A stretch of DNA of 64,000 nt. Source: Candidatus Multivoradales bacterium. Lineage in GTDB: Bacteria > Acidobacteriota > Thermoanaerobaculia > Multivoradales > Multivoraceae. A program made the translations under genes and the position numbers. The notes beneath the pieces were generated by a model. That model was given only the letters and a program-made list of their open reading frames with translations, did not search any database and was not told where the DNA came from. Of the stretch, positions 29,401-38,787 are shown piece by piece. The DNA is taken from assembly GCA_965223325.1 (NCBI GenBank), contig CBDCWI010000001.1, forward strand, positions 1,536,001 through 1,600,000, in the 5' to 3' direction. The stretch's first letter is position 1; every line of letters starts with the position of its first letter.

Positions 29401-30006
29401 GCCCTCGGAACCCTGGTTCGGGTGCAGTCGAACGATGGTAGTGCAGCCTCCCAGGGCCTGCGTGAACTGTGGGCGCGCGCCAACGACTTTGGCCTGCTCG
29501 GCAAGACGGCGGTTGGCAAGCGCGCCAGCCAGCCGGCGGGACAGCAGATCACCTCGGCGCGGGTCTGCGAGCAGTTGCGCTTCCGCCAGGGCTGGGCCGG
29601 CCCCACCGACCTGCCGCCCCAGAACGAAGAGCGAGTGTGTGTCGACCGGGTGCATCGCAACCAGCGCCCAGGACTCGAGGCACGCTGCCTGCGCCGGTCT
29701 GTCCTCGGAGTGGCGGGGCGCGACCTGGTCGCCGACCAGCCGCGGCCTGAGTTTGGGGACCTGCCGTTCTGCCAGAGCTGCCACACCGACTTCGCGACCT
29801 TCGATGGCCTCGCCCCGGAGGCTCTCGACGCCGGTGCGGTGCCGCGCTATCGGGACGATCGTCGCCAGCCGCTCGACTGGCCGGCTGTGCTGACCGGTTG
29901 CCACCCGACATCGCATCCGTTCCCAGCCGGTGGCGATTGTTCGGGCGGTTCCGAGTACCTCGACTTCATCTTTGATGAGGGGCCGAAAGTCGAACCCGAG
30001 CCCTAG
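26443..30006 (+). CDS. Large secreted Cys-rich protein with a LamG-like domain and a C-terminal CxxCH
   Basis: Signal peptide, DQDGDGQID, FEPSITADGRLLV, GLWLDG...FRGWIDELRVY, FCQSCH. Confidence 0.85.
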   Translation: MSTMPRLLTLPVCSAFFAFLALPTGAQTFPDIADVNTAACSDNYSRVHDCYNVELPDPPSLERSLSAFGDDDEHVVTMPEGPARDGATHVLPNVRTSNDGRLLLMPAGARPGFTVFRPETLGYDLEQRGSDQTFGHGAYSAKRTVFPATLFDPRRTLFDLDQSSWPAIYHDSICDDSSTAYDLGSSISSGRNPRACSALVALSGNPLDAANAQLVDGDCYDVSILANASKDEMWELITNKFTVFVPRAKEPDAGEPKVYIYPRMSGNQLPFHGDYSAFNFHWTGTTWDWSWQFELQKLRQECVDKPSWQRPAYCGFQNTLETSATNGFVMDQDGDGQIDSGERWSGKRCSAQNPGSDCGNWFLFEPSITADGRLLVVNAAGIGLYYSYSENACSANGWRFFRPLSAMPFDSRLKGRYPIAAQPFRTSTGEPILRQSNGKYPNVRGAYPWIDRQGRNLFYSPINDARDGYEALDVTEPCPPGTPWYKCEYDASYAGTYQVPDEGPGKGTSVIGAWTRGKLVHLDGRLNFTTFGNLRANNANVNHNKKSSWEIQLYNGPPTFMEPMGTTRLQSAENLYNAYDALRPTQPFDVVWSVAANNQQTQEVVFDEFMNSNAFIVAPMNAPFTTFGSRQEIFLDDGFVPRNPEKSVRFNGPGTADFGFRRSPKLQNQSTLEAGVCTAGSPGPGGTCRLVTWGENNRTYTWLSWSHRIRVRVPGAWPLWFVNYCPSGTQRVSNSTSGWDRIQECRVNLPSGVSGGDAFISGNALAFQAAPLNPFELTPPTYLSVRGGARVEPVALGGVIGNGLWLDGKNDHIAASYPAPPVHDWYVGMWLDPRPSDNQRRTLFTFADGSRVMWRPNELSAWHAPSGQTKARGLANIGLEGTEGQPGEYFHLGLHISTSGSNRVLRISIDGTRLPGALSFQTTASNPGFDMSRPGQSQGAFWVGDFGGGSGARPPFRGWIDELRVYALGPAERAPSSWFDETACNLALGTLVRVQSNDGSAASQGLRELWARANDFGLLGKTAVGKRASQPAGQQITSARVCEQLRFRQGWAGPTDLPPQNEERVCVDRVHRNQRPGLEARCLRRSVLGVAGRDLVADQPRPEFGDLPFCQSCHTDFATFDGLAPEALDAGAVPRYRDDRRQPLDWPAVLTGCHPTSHPFPAGGDCSGGSEYLDFIFDEGPKVEPEP

Positions 30007-30037
30007 AGTGGTGCACGGAGGCCCGCGGCCTCGTCGA

Positions 30038-30170
30038 GAAAAAAGAGGCCGCGTATCACGTGATACGCGGCCGGAACCCCTGACTTCGCTTCCGGTTCCT
30101 GGAGGTCCGCGGAAGCGTCGCCGGTTAGATGCCAAGGACTGTTTCTCGTGACCCAGTCCTCGCGTCTGTT
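30038..30170 (-). ncRNA. Candidate small RNA (or short leaderless ORF) with an intrinsic terminator
   Basis: Downstream of motif copy 2; stems 30135-41/30154-60 and 30087-94/30110-17; palindrome 30047-30072 followed by TCTTTTTT on the minus strand. Confidence 0.45.
30039..30072 (-). terminator. Intrinsic terminator-like perfect palindrome plus U-tract
   Basis: GGCCGCGTATCACGTGATACGCGGCC followed by TCTTTTTT on the minus strand. Confidence 0.65.
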
Positions 30171-30172
30171 CA

Positions 30173-30203
30173 TGCCTTTCCGGGACGAGGCGTGTTTGTT
30201 ACA
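30173..30203 (-). promoter_or_regulatory. TGTAAC-N14-CCGGAA motif, copy 2
   Basis: TGTAACAAACACGCCTCGTCCCGGAAAGGCA on the minus strand. Confidence 0.6.
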
Positions 30204-30242
30204 GGCATTGAGGGAGAAAAAGGGGGAAAGGTCCAGGTGCGG

Positions 30243-30282
30243 TGTAACGGATCGAGGTGGATCCGGAAGAAGGTGGTTGAAG
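30243..30282 (+). promoter_or_regulatory. TGTAAC-N14-CCGGAA motif, copy 3
   Basis: TGTAAC 30243-48, CCGGAA 30263-68, GGTTGAAG 30275-82; GGTTGAAG also follows copy 1. Confidence 0.5.
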
Positions 30283-30328
30283 CATGTGAAACCCCCAAAC
30301 TGCAACCGTCTCAAAGGAACCACCAACC

Positions 30329-31192
30329 ATGACGACCGTCAGAAACCACCGGGCCAACGCCCAGCCACTTGCCAACACTGAAACCGGCAATAGCAGCGCC
30401 GTCTCTTCGGGAGACGCGAGCCGCAATGGTGCCCGCATCCGCCTGGGCTCCGTCGACTCCTACGAACCAGCATCGAGCGCCATGCCGGGCGGCTGCGAAA
30501 TCGAGTTGAGGCCCATGCCAGGCCCCATCGCGTCCACGCCGGACTGGCGCCAGCAGATCATCGATCTCATTCAGCAGCTCAAGGATCTCTTGAGCGGCAA
30601 CGGACCGGTCCTCCGACCGGAACCGGAAGTTCCCCAGTTCCCCAGCTGGCCGGGAACGATCGGCGGGGAACTGGAGCCGGTCGACCCAGAGCTCCAGGCG
30701 CGGTTCACGTTCAGCGACCCCAAGAACGCCGAGATCTTCCGCGACGTGATCGAGAACCCGAACTTCCAGTACAAGATCCACCCGCCACCACCATCACTGC
30801 ACGAGGCCGCTCAGTCGGGCAACCAGGAGTGGATCGATCGCCACGTTGACCTCATGGCGCAACAGATTGCCCAGCGGATCCACGATCGAAGCGTCTTCGC
30901 GAAGTGGGACGACGGTGGGGAGTCCTCGTCGGAACCGCCGCAGCACCTGATCGACTCAGCGCGTGCAGCGTTGCTCGCGTTCGTCGAACGGGCAAAGACC
31001 GAACCGCAGGAAGACGCGATCGACGGGGCCTTCGAAGACCTCGGGATCAACGAGGATTGGGCGACAGGGAGCGACTCTGGCAGCGTGTACACCTCGAGCG
31101 GGCAGTACTCGACCGCCGAAGAGGCTGCTGCGGGGTTCGAGGAGTTCTCCGAGGAACTGAGACGTCGGGCACAGGGCGAAGTCACCGACTGA
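30329..31192 (+). CDS. Hypothetical acidic protein with a disordered Ser/Thr/Asn-rich N-terminus
   Basis: AAGGA RBS, genome-like codon usage, no recognised family. Confidence 0.75.
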   Translation: MTTVRNHRANAQPLANTETGNSSAVSSGDASRNGARIRLGSVDSYEPASSAMPGGCEIELRPMPGPIASTPDWRQQIIDLIQQLKDLLSGNGPVLRPEPEVPQFPSWPGTIGGELEPVDPELQARFTFSDPKNAEIFRDVIENPNFQYKIHPPPPSLHEAAQSGNQEWIDRHVDLMAQQIAQRIHDRSVFAKWDDGGESSSEPPQHLIDSARAALLAFVERAKTEPQEDAIDGAFEDLGINEDWATGSDSGSVYTSSGQYSTAEEAAAGFEEFSEELRRRAQGEVTD

Positions 31193-31407
31193 GCACGGTC
31201 AGGACCTTCGAACCCGAAATGGCGAAGTGGGCATCGACCTTTCGGTCGGTGCCCACCTTCTCTTTTCGCGCCCAAACCGGCCCCTCCTCCGCCACCCTGG
31301 CCCCCTGGCTCCCCACCAGCCTGTGGTAGAACACGAGGACCGTTCTGACATCCAGAAAGCGTCCCGGGCCTTCACGAGAAGCGCCCCCGGAGGAGTTGCC
31401 CCAGGGC

Positions 31408-32142
31408 ATGAAGATCGCCGGCGAGCATCACTACGACGTGCCGCGAGATGACGTCTTCGAGGCGTTGCTCGATCCCGAGGTGTTGTCGCGCACGCTACCC
31501 GGCTGCGAAGACCTTTCGCGGGTGGGAGAGAACGAGTACGCCGGAAAGCTGAAAATGAAAGTAGGCCCGGTGCAGGGCATCTTCCAGGGCGGTGTCGAGC
31601 TCACCGACCTCGACCCCCCGAACGGCTACAACCTCACCCTCAATGGGCGCGGCGCGCCCGGTTTCGTCAAAGGCACGGGCTCGATTCGCCTCGAGGAGAA
31701 AGACGGTGGCACGCTTCTCTGCTACGACATCGACGCGCAGGTCGGAGGGCGGATCGCGGCGGTCGGCCAACGACTGATCGAAAGCTCCGCCAAAGTCATC
31801 ACTCGCCAGGGGCTCAAAGGGCTCGGCAAACAGCTCGATGCGCGCCAGGCTGCAACGGCGGCTTCGAGCGCACCGAGCGATTGGGACGAAGCCGACGAAG
31901 AGACCTCGCCACACGCAACCCAGTCCGCGCCAGTGCTCACGGTCGAAAACGCCGCGACCGAAACGCGCGCGCTGCGCGACCAGCACAAAACGATCGTCGC
32001 CCCGGCGGATAGTGAGTTCGCCCAGGAAGTCGCGAGCCGCATCCCGTCTGCGAAATCCGAACGCTCGCTGGGGTGGGTCTACGTCACGGCTTTCGTGCTC
32101 CTTGCGCTCGCGGCAATCGCGATCTACTTGCGAGTGCGTTGA
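31408..32142 (+). CDS. coxG: CoxG (SRPBCC) protein with a C-terminal TM anchor
   Basis: [33 protein letters not shown]. Confidence 0.9.
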   Translation: MKIAGEHHYDVPRDDVFEALLDPEVLSRTLPGCEDLSRVGENEYAGKLKMKVGPVQGIFQGGVELTDLDPPNGYNLTLNGRGAPGFVKGTGSIRLEEKDGGTLLCYDIDAQVGGRIAAVGQRLIESSAKVITRQGLKGLGKQLDARQAATAASSAPSDWDEADEETSPHATQSAPVLTVENAATETRALRDQHKTIVAPADSEFAQEVASRIPSAKSERSLGWVYVTAFVLLALAAIAIYLRVR

Positions 32143-32194
32143 CCGCAACGCCCCCTCTCTTACCAGCAACCGTAAACCATCAGGGAGACCGCTC

Positions 32195-32662
32195 ATGGGA
32201 GTCACCATTCGTCTTGAAGTCAACGGCGAGGAGGTCGAGCGCACGGTCGATCCGCGCACTCTCCTGGTGCATTTCCTGCGTAACGACCTCGGGTTGACCG
32301 GCACCAACGTCGGCTGCGAAACCAGCCTCTGCGGTGCCTGCACGGTGCACGTCGACGGCCAGGCGGTGAAGGCGTGCACTCAGCTTGCAGCCCAGGCAGA
32401 TGGCACCAAGGTCACCACCATCGAAGGAATGGCCAACGGTGAAGAGCTCCATCCGCTGCAGCAGGCCTTCTGGGAGGAGCACGGCCTGCAGTGCGGCTAC
32501 TGCACGCCGGGAATGATCATGACCGCCTCCGCTCTACTGGATGAGAACCCCGCCCCCACAGAAGACGAGATCCGCGAAGGGCTGAAGGGCAACCTGTGCC
32601 GCTGCACCGGCTACCACAACATCATCAAGGCTGTTCAGAACGCCTCCGGAAAGGCGACCTGA
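32195..32662 (+). CDS. coxS: Molybdenum hydroxylase small [2Fe-2S] subunit
   Basis: [30 protein letters not shown]. Confidence 0.95.
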   Translation: MGVTIRLEVNGEEVERTVDPRTLLVHFLRNDLGLTGTNVGCETSLCGACTVHVDGQAVKACTQLAAQADGTKVTTIEGMANGEELHPLQQAFWEEHGLQCGYCTPGMIMTASALLDENPAPTEDEIREGLKGNLCRCTGYHNIIKAVQNASGKAT

Positions 32663-32663
32663 G

Positions 32664-35012
32664 ATGGCGAGCGTGCTTGGAACCTCGATCCGCCGTCGCG
32701 AAGATCCCGCCCTGGTCACCGGGCGCGGCCGCTACACCGACGACCTGACGCGCCCCGGGATGTTGCACGCCGCCTTGGTGCGCAGCCCCTACGCACACGC
32801 CACCATCAAGAGCATCGACGCCTCGGCTGCCCTGGCCATGGACGGCGTGGTGGCGGTCTACACCTGGTCCGATGTCGAGAAATCAGGCATGCCGGGCATG
32901 GTGCCGGTAGGCTGGCTCCACGACGACCTGAAGCAGGTTCCGCACACCATCCTGGCCAGCGACACGGTGCGCTACACGGGCGATGCGGTCGCCGTTGTCG
33001 TCGCCCGCGACCGCTACCTTGCGCGCGACGCTGCCGACCAGGTGTTCGTGGACTACGAGCCGCTCGAAGCGACCACCAACCCCAAGACGACGACGGCTGC
33101 CGGCGCACCGCAGATCCATGCCGACGCGCCCGGCAACCTGGCCTTCAACTGGCAGATCGGCGACGCCGAGAAGACCAAGGCAGCCATGGATGGTGCCGCT
33201 CATGTGGTTGAACTGACGGTGCGCAACAACCGCTTGATTCCGCATGCCATCGAGCCACGCGCTGTCCTGGCCGACTGGGACTCGTCAAAATCCGAGATGA
33301 CGATCCACATGACGACCCAGAATCCGCATGTGCATCGTTTGCTGATGTGCATGGCGTCACTCGGTCTGCCCGAGCACAAAGTGCGGGTCGTGGCCCCGGA
33401 AGTCGGCGGTGGGTTCGGTTCGAAGATCGACCACTACCCCGACGAAACCGTCGTTGCGCTGTGTTCGAAGCTCACCGGTAAACCAGTCAAGTGGGTTGCA
33501 ACCCGCACCGAAACCAACCAGACCGACGTACATGGCCGCGACCACGTCACCGACGCGCGCCTGGCTCTCGACGAGCGCGGGCGTATCCTGGGGCTCGAGG
33601 TCGAAACCTGGGCCAACATGGGTGCCTACCTTTCGACGTTCGCACCGGCAGTGCCGACCTACATGTACGCCACCCTGCTCTCGGGCCAGTACGACATCCC
33701 AGCGATCCACGCCCAGGTGCGCGGCACCTTCACCAACACCACACCGGTCGACGCCTACCGTGGTGCCGGTCGCCCCGAGGCGACGTTCCTGGTGGAGCGG
33801 CTGGTTCACCTGGCCGGCGCAAAGCTCGGCCTGGATCCGGTCGAGATCAGGAAGCGCAATTTCATCTCTCCCGATGCCTTTCCGTACGAGACCCAGGTCG
33901 CTTTGACCTACGACAGCGGCAACTACGAACCGGCGCTTGCCCGGGCACTCGAGATCGTCTCTTATGACGATCTGCGTGCGCAACAGAAATCGGAACGTGA
34001 TGCGGGCACCAGGAAGCGCACCGGGATTGGCTTCTCGGCTTTCATTGAAGCCTGCGGGCTCGCCCCGTCGCGCGTCGTTGGCCAACTCGGGGCACAGGCC
34101 GGCCAGTGGGAGTCGGCCGAGGTGCGGGTTCATCCAACCGGCTCGGTGAGCGTATACACCGGTTCGTCAGCGCACGGCCAGGGTCACGAAACGACGTTCT
34201 CGCAGATCGTCGCCGACCGACTCGGTATCGACCACGAGTCGATCGAAGTGATCCACGGCGACACTGACGAAGTGCAATTCGGCATGGGCACCTACGGCAG
34301 CCGTAGTGCGGCGGTAGGCGGCTCGGCCCTGGTGCGCGCCACCGAGAAGATCGTCGAGAAAGGGCTCAAGCTCGCCGCCCACCTGCTCGAGGCATCGCCA
34401 GAAGACATGGAACATGCCGATGGGCAGTTCCGCGTCAAGGGCTCGCCCGATCGGGCGCTGGGGCTGGGTGACGTGGCGATCTCGGCCTACCTGGCGCACA
34501 ACTACCCCGAAGACATGGAACCGGGGCTCACCGCCACGGCGTTCTACGATCCCGAGAACTTCACCTATCCGTTTGGCGCCCACATCTGTGTTGTCGAGGT
34601 CGACACTGAAACTGGCGCTATCGAAGTCGTGCGCTACGTCGCGGTCGATGACGTCGGCAATGTCATCAACCCGATGATCGTCGAGGGACAGGTCCACGGC
34701 GGCCTCGCCCAGGGTATCGGCCAGGCACTCTGGGAGCAGGCGGTCTACGACGAAACCGGTCAGTTGGTCACCGGCTCGCTGATGGACTACGCGCTACCGC
34801 GCAGCCACAGGCTACCGTCGTTCGAAACCGACCGCACGGTGACACCGTGTCCGCACAACCCGCTCGGCGTCAAAGGCGTCGGCGAGGCCGGTGCAATCGC
34901 GTCGCCGCCCGCAGTCGTCAACGCCGTGGTCGACGCGCTCGAACCGTTTGGCGTTACCCATATCGACATGCCGCTCCGACCCGAGAAGGTCTGGCAGAGC
35001 ATTCACTCCTAG
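32664..35012 (+). CDS. coxL: Molybdenum hydroxylase large subunit (form II putative CODH type)
   Basis: VGGGFGSK, active-site [31 protein letters not shown]. Confidence 0.93.
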   Translation: MASVLGTSIRRREDPALVTGRGRYTDDLTRPGMLHAALVRSPYAHATIKSIDASAALAMDGVVAVYTWSDVEKSGMPGMVPVGWLHDDLKQVPHTILASDTVRYTGDAVAVVVARDRYLARDAADQVFVDYEPLEATTNPKTTTAAGAPQIHADAPGNLAFNWQIGDAEKTKAAMDGAAHVVELTVRNNRLIPHAIEPRAVLADWDSSKSEMTIHMTTQNPHVHRLLMCMASLGLPEHKVRVVAPEVGGGFGSKIDHYPDETVVALCSKLTGKPVKWVATRTETNQTDVHGRDHVTDARLALDERGRILGLEVETWANMGAYLSTFAPAVPTYMYATLLSGQYDIPAIHAQVRGTFTNTTPVDAYRGAGRPEATFLVERLVHLAGAKLGLDPVEIRKRNFISPDAFPYETQVALTYDSGNYEPALARALEIVSYDDLRAQQKSERDAGTRKRTGIGFSAFIEACGLAPSRVVGQLGAQAGQWESAEVRVHPTGSVSVYTGSSAHGQGHETTFSQIVADRLGIDHESIEVIHGDTDEVQFGMGTYGSRSAAVGGSALVRATEKIVEKGLKLAAHLLEASPEDMEHADGQFRVKGSPDRALGLGDVAISAYLAHNYPEDMEPGLTATAFYDPENFTYPFGAHICVVEVDTETGAIEVVRYVAVDDVGNVINPMIVEGQVHGGLAQGIGQALWEQAVYDETGQLVTGSLMDYALPRSHRLPSFETDRTVTPCPHNPLGVKGVGEAGAIASPPAVVNAVVDALEPFGVTHIDMPLRPEKVWQSIHS

Positions 35013-35033
35013 TCGCCTGGAGGCCTATCCAAG

Positions 35034-35882
35034 ATGTATCCAGCAAGTTTCGAGTACCACCGCGCTTCCTCTGTCGACGAAGCGCTCGAGCTGCTCAACG
35101 CTCACGAAGACGCCAAGCTACTCGCCGGCGGGCACAGCCTGCTGCCGATGATGAAGCTGCGCCTGGCGCAGCCTCCGGCAGTCATCGACATCGGGCGCAT
35201 CGACGCCCTCCGCGGCATCACCGAATCTGGCGGCGGGCTCGAGATCGGCCCGCTCACGACCCATGCTGAGATCGCCGCATCCGCGACGGTGAAAGGGCAT
35301 TGCCCCTTCCTCGCCGAAGCGGCCGCACACATCGGCGACATCCAGGTCCGCAACCGCGGCACCATCGGCGGCAACATCGCCCACGCCGACCCGGCGTCCG
35401 ATTTGCCGGCCGTGCTGGTGGCAGCCGGTGCGGTGGTTCACATGGAGAGCACTGACGGCACGCGCACGTCGAGCATCGATGGCTTCTTCCGGGGCCTCCT
35501 CTCGACAGATCTCGGCGAAAAAGAGGTCGTTACCGCGATCGAGATTCCGGCCCTGCCAGAAGGCGCCAGAACTGCCTACCTCAAGTTCGAGCACCCGGCC
35601 TCGGGCTACGCAGTCGTCGGAGCGGCCGCCTGGATCCAGATGGACAACGGAAGCTGCAAGGGTGCGGGCCTGGTGTTCAACGGTGTCACGGAAACACCTC
35701 TGGTTGCCGATGTAACGGCACTGGTGGGTGGTAGCGCTGACGACTCAGCCATCGAGGCGGCCACCGCGGGGATCACTGCCCTAGAACCGCTCTCCGATGT
35801 TTTTGCGTCGGGCGACTATCGAACGCACCTCGCACGGGTCTACGGCCGGCGGGCGTTGATCGCCGCGCGCGATGCGGCCTGA
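35034..35882 (+). CDS. coxM: Molybdenum hydroxylase FAD subunit
   Basis: AGGHSLLPMMKLRL, VRNRGTIGGNIAHADPASD. Confidence 0.93.
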   Translation: MYPASFEYHRASSVDEALELLNAHEDAKLLAGGHSLLPMMKLRLAQPPAVIDIGRIDALRGITESGGGLEIGPLTTHAEIAASATVKGHCPFLAEAAAHIGDIQVRNRGTIGGNIAHADPASDLPAVLVAAGAVVHMESTDGTRTSSIDGFFRGLLSTDLGEKEVVTAIEIPALPEGARTAYLKFEHPASGYAVVGAAAWIQMDNGSCKGAGLVFNGVTETPLVADVTALVGGSADDSAIEAATAGITALEPLSDVFASGDYRTHLARVYGRRALIAARDAA

Positions 35883-35973
35883 CGCGGTGGACGAAGGTTC
35901 ATGACCGGCGATCGGCGCGTTTCTCCCCAGCCGGCGAGGACCGTCCCACCGCCGGCTCGCGTCGGGGCAGTGC

Positions 35974-36561
35974 CTACTTCCTGACCAGCCCGCGGACGTG
36001 GGTCTTGATGTGCTTGATGCTCACCTCTTCGAGCCCGTCGTAGTAGCCGCGTATCTGGCCGTTGCGATCGATCAGCACCAGACGGGTCGAATGGCCGAGC
36101 GGAAGATCGGACGCCGCGAGGAGTAACCCCTTCTCGGAAAGCTCGACGATTTCATCGATCGGGCCGCGCAGGAACCACCAGCGGTCGTCGGTCACGCCGA
36201 GACTCCGGGCGTACTCCTCGAGCCGTTCGGGAGTGTCGTTTTCGGGATCAACGGTGACCGACACGAGGCGGACGTCGTCTGAACCTTCGAAGGCCCGGTA
36301 GAGCTCGCCCATGCGCTTGCTCATCGCTGGACAGGCAGTCGGGCACTCGGTGAAGAAGAAGTCGAGCACCAGGACACGCCCGAGGAGATCGTCACGGGTG
36401 ACCGTCCTTCCCGACCGCTCCTCGAACTCGAGATCTGGCAGCTGCGAAATCACCGGGAGGTCGGCGACCGAACGATCGGCGGTCGCAACCACGGTGACCG
36501 ACAACATGAACAATCCCACGAGAACGCCCAGAAACAGTGCGGCCCCCTTGAGCGGACTCAT
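35974..36561 (-). CDS. SCO family copper chaperone
   Basis: FFTECPTACP (CxxxCP), VDPENDTP, HSTRLVLID. Confidence 0.92.
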   Translation of the reverse strand: MSPLKGAALFLGVLVGLFMLSVTVVATADRSVADLPVISQLPDLEFEERSGRTVTRDDLLGRVLVLDFFFTECPTACPAMSKRMGELYRAFEGSDDVRLVSVTVDPENDTPERLEEYARSLGVTDDRWWFLRGPIDEIVELSEKGLLLAASDLPLGHSTRLVLIDRNGQIRGYYDGLEEVSIKHIKTHVRGLVRK

Positions 36562-37523
36562 ACGAGCGCCCCTTGCGTTCTGCGGGCACCGCTCCAGAGC
36601 ACCAGCATCGCACCGATGAGGAGTGTCGAGAGCCAGCTGTGGAACAGCTGCACTGTCGGTGGCACGCCAAAGGCCACGAAGCCGAGCCCCACGAGAACCT
36701 GAAGGCCAACCAGCCCAAGCGACGTCAAGGAGCCAAAGCGCACCAGCCAGGACGGATCCTCGCTGTCGCGAAGAAAGCGGATACACAACCAACCAACCAG
36801 AAGGGCCACCAGAAAACCCATCGCCAGGTGAATGTGGCCGGGCCAGCCGAGCCCGGCAATCAACTCCGCGTCTGTCCGTAGAGGCCGCTCGTCGAGTTGC
36901 GTTTCTATCGCCCCGCGCAGCCAGGTTCCGAGACCGACCTGAGAAAGCGCAAGCGCCCAGGCCAACGCCAGGAAGCCACGCACACCCCGTGGATAGCGCG
37001 CCCCCTTGCCGTCACCAGGGTTCTCGAGCCGCCAGGCGTGAACGGCGATCGACACCAGGAGACTGATGATCAGAATGGCGAGAACGAAGTGCGCTGTGAT
37101 CACCCAGGGCTCGAGCAACGACGACACGACGACACTTCCCTGGTAACCCTGGAGCGCGACCAGAGCGGTGGCCACGATCGACCCCCAGACCAGAAAACGC
37201 TGCTGGCGAAGGCGCGCGACTGCTACCACCGCAAGCGCGAGGATCAGAAACCCGATCGTCACGCCGACCAGGCGGTTCAGGTACTCGATCCACGCCAGGG
37301 TGACGTTGAATTGTGACGCGAGCTCCGGGGGCACCTGCGAAAGATCGGTTGGCGGCACCCAGCGCCCGAAGCATTTCGGCCAGTCGGGGCAACCGAGCCC
37401 GGCGCCGGAAACCCGCACCAGCCCACCGACCCAGATGAGAAAGTAGGTCGCCGCACAGGCGGCGACCGCCAGCCGGCGGAAGGTCCGCAGGCCGGCTGCA
37501 GAAACAGGACTCGAATCAGCCAT
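36558..37523 (-). CDS. ctaA: COX15/CtaA heme A synthase
   Basis: GGLVRVSGAGLGCPDWPKC, WIEYLNR, several TM His residues. Confidence 0.88.
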   Translation of the reverse strand: MADSSPVSAAGLRTFRRLAVAACAATYFLIWVGGLVRVSGAGLGCPDWPKCFGRWVPPTDLSQVPPELASQFNVTLAWIEYLNRLVGVTIGFLILALAVVAVARLRQQRFLVWGSIVATALVALQGYQGSVVVSSLLEPWVITAHFVLAILIISLLVSIAVHAWRLENPGDGKGARYPRGVRGFLALAWALALSQVGLGTWLRGAIETQLDERPLRTDAELIAGLGWPGHIHLAMGFLVALLVGWLCIRFLRDSEDPSWLVRFGSLTSLGLVGLQVLVGLGFVAFGVPPTVQLFHSWLSTLLIGAMLVLWSGARRTQGALV

Positions 37524-37654
37524 TGCAGCCAGTGTAGCTGCGGCGTTGGCGTAGAAACCGGAGATTGACCGGTCCGGCGCTCGCGGTTTTCCGCGATGGC
37601 GGGTGCCAGGAAGGTACGCTACGCCGATCCAACCTCAGATCCCAGGAGAAACCC

Positions 37655-38626
37655 GTGAAAGCCGTCGTGTGCAAGGAATTCGGCCCGCCCGAGAAACTCG
37701 TCGTCGAGGAGGTGAGCGATCCCGTCCCCGGTCCCGGCGATGTCGTCGTCGAGATGGCTGCCGCCGCGATCACGTTTCCCGACACCCTGGTGATCGAGAA
37801 CAAGTACCAGTTCAAGGCCGAGCCACCGTTTGTACTCGGAGGCGAAGTGGCCGGTACCGTCACCGCGGTTGGCGAGGACGTTTCGAAGTTCGCGCCCGGC
37901 GACGCGGTGCTCGGTGGAAGCCACACGGGTGGCTTTGCCGAGAAGGTTCTGGTTCCCGAAGCGCAGCTACGACCTCTGCCGAAGGGACTGGAGCCAGCGC
38001 AGGCGACGGGAATGGGCTACGCCTACGGCACCGGGTACTACGCACTCAAGTACCGTGGCGATCTCGCGCCAGGCGAGTCCCTGCTGGTGCTCGGCGCCTC
38101 GGGCTCGGTGGGACTGGCAGCGATCGAGCTCGGCAAGATCATGGGGGCACGGGTCATCGCTGCCGCTTCGACCGAGGAAAGGTTGGCGCTATGTCGGGAA
38201 CGCGGTGCAGACGAGACAATCCTCTACTCGCAGGAAGACCTGAAGAAGCGTGCCAAGGAACTGACCGGCGGCAAGGGAGTCGACGTGGTCTACGACGCGG
38301 TGGGGGGTGAGCGCGCCGAGCAGGCCTTACGCGCCACCGCCTGGCGTGGTCGCTTCCTGGTGATCGGCTTCACTGCGGGGATTCCGAGGTTGCCGCTCAA
38401 CCTCACGCTGCTGAAGGGCTGCGACGTGCGCGGTGTCTTCTGGGGGGCCTCCCGGATGCGCGAGCCGGAGTTGTTCCAGGCGACGCAGGACGAGCTCGAT
38501 GCGCTGGCCGCCGACGGCCGGCTGGATCCGTATGTTGCGAAGCGCTACTCGTTGGACGAAGTACCACAGGCGCTTCGCGACATGAACGATCGATTGGTCA
38601 TTGGCAAGATCGTCGCCATTCCTTGA
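37655..38626 (+). CDS. NADPH:quinone oxidoreductase (zeta-crystallin/MDR family)
   Basis: MKAVVC..FGPPE, GASGSVG, GVDVVYDAVGG, NLTLLKG. Confidence 0.93.
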   Translation: MKAVVCKEFGPPEKLVVEEVSDPVPGPGDVVVEMAAAAITFPDTLVIENKYQFKAEPPFVLGGEVAGTVTAVGEDVSKFAPGDAVLGGSHTGGFAEKVLVPEAQLRPLPKGLEPAQATGMGYAYGTGYYALKYRGDLAPGESLLVLGASGSVGLAAIELGKIMGARVIAAASTEERLALCRERGADETILYSQEDLKKRAKELTGGKGVDVVYDAVGGERAEQALRATAWRGRFLVIGFTAGIPRLPLNLTLLKGCDVRGVFWGASRMREPELFQATQDELDALAADGRLDPYVAKRYSLDEVPQALRDMNDRLVIGKIVAIP

Positions 38627-38787
38627 CGGCTGTTCCTGGGTGATAGGGGGCAGGGTGGAATCGCCGCGTATGAGGTCGCGTGGGGCGGTTCGTGGTCGTT
38701 GGAAGAGCCTGAGTTGTGTAGTTTGTCGCCGTTGCCTGGTTGTGGCCGGAGTTGGATGGTCGCGGAGACGACCCGTAGGCCTGCCGG

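Noticed and set aside
27679-30135. 818-aa antisense ORF and other long shadow ORFs
   Set aside because: Typical high-GC antisense shadows of real genes, with no motifs.
32664-35012. Bona fide form I CO dehydrogenase
   Set aside because: The active-site loop is AYRGAGR, not AYxCSFR.
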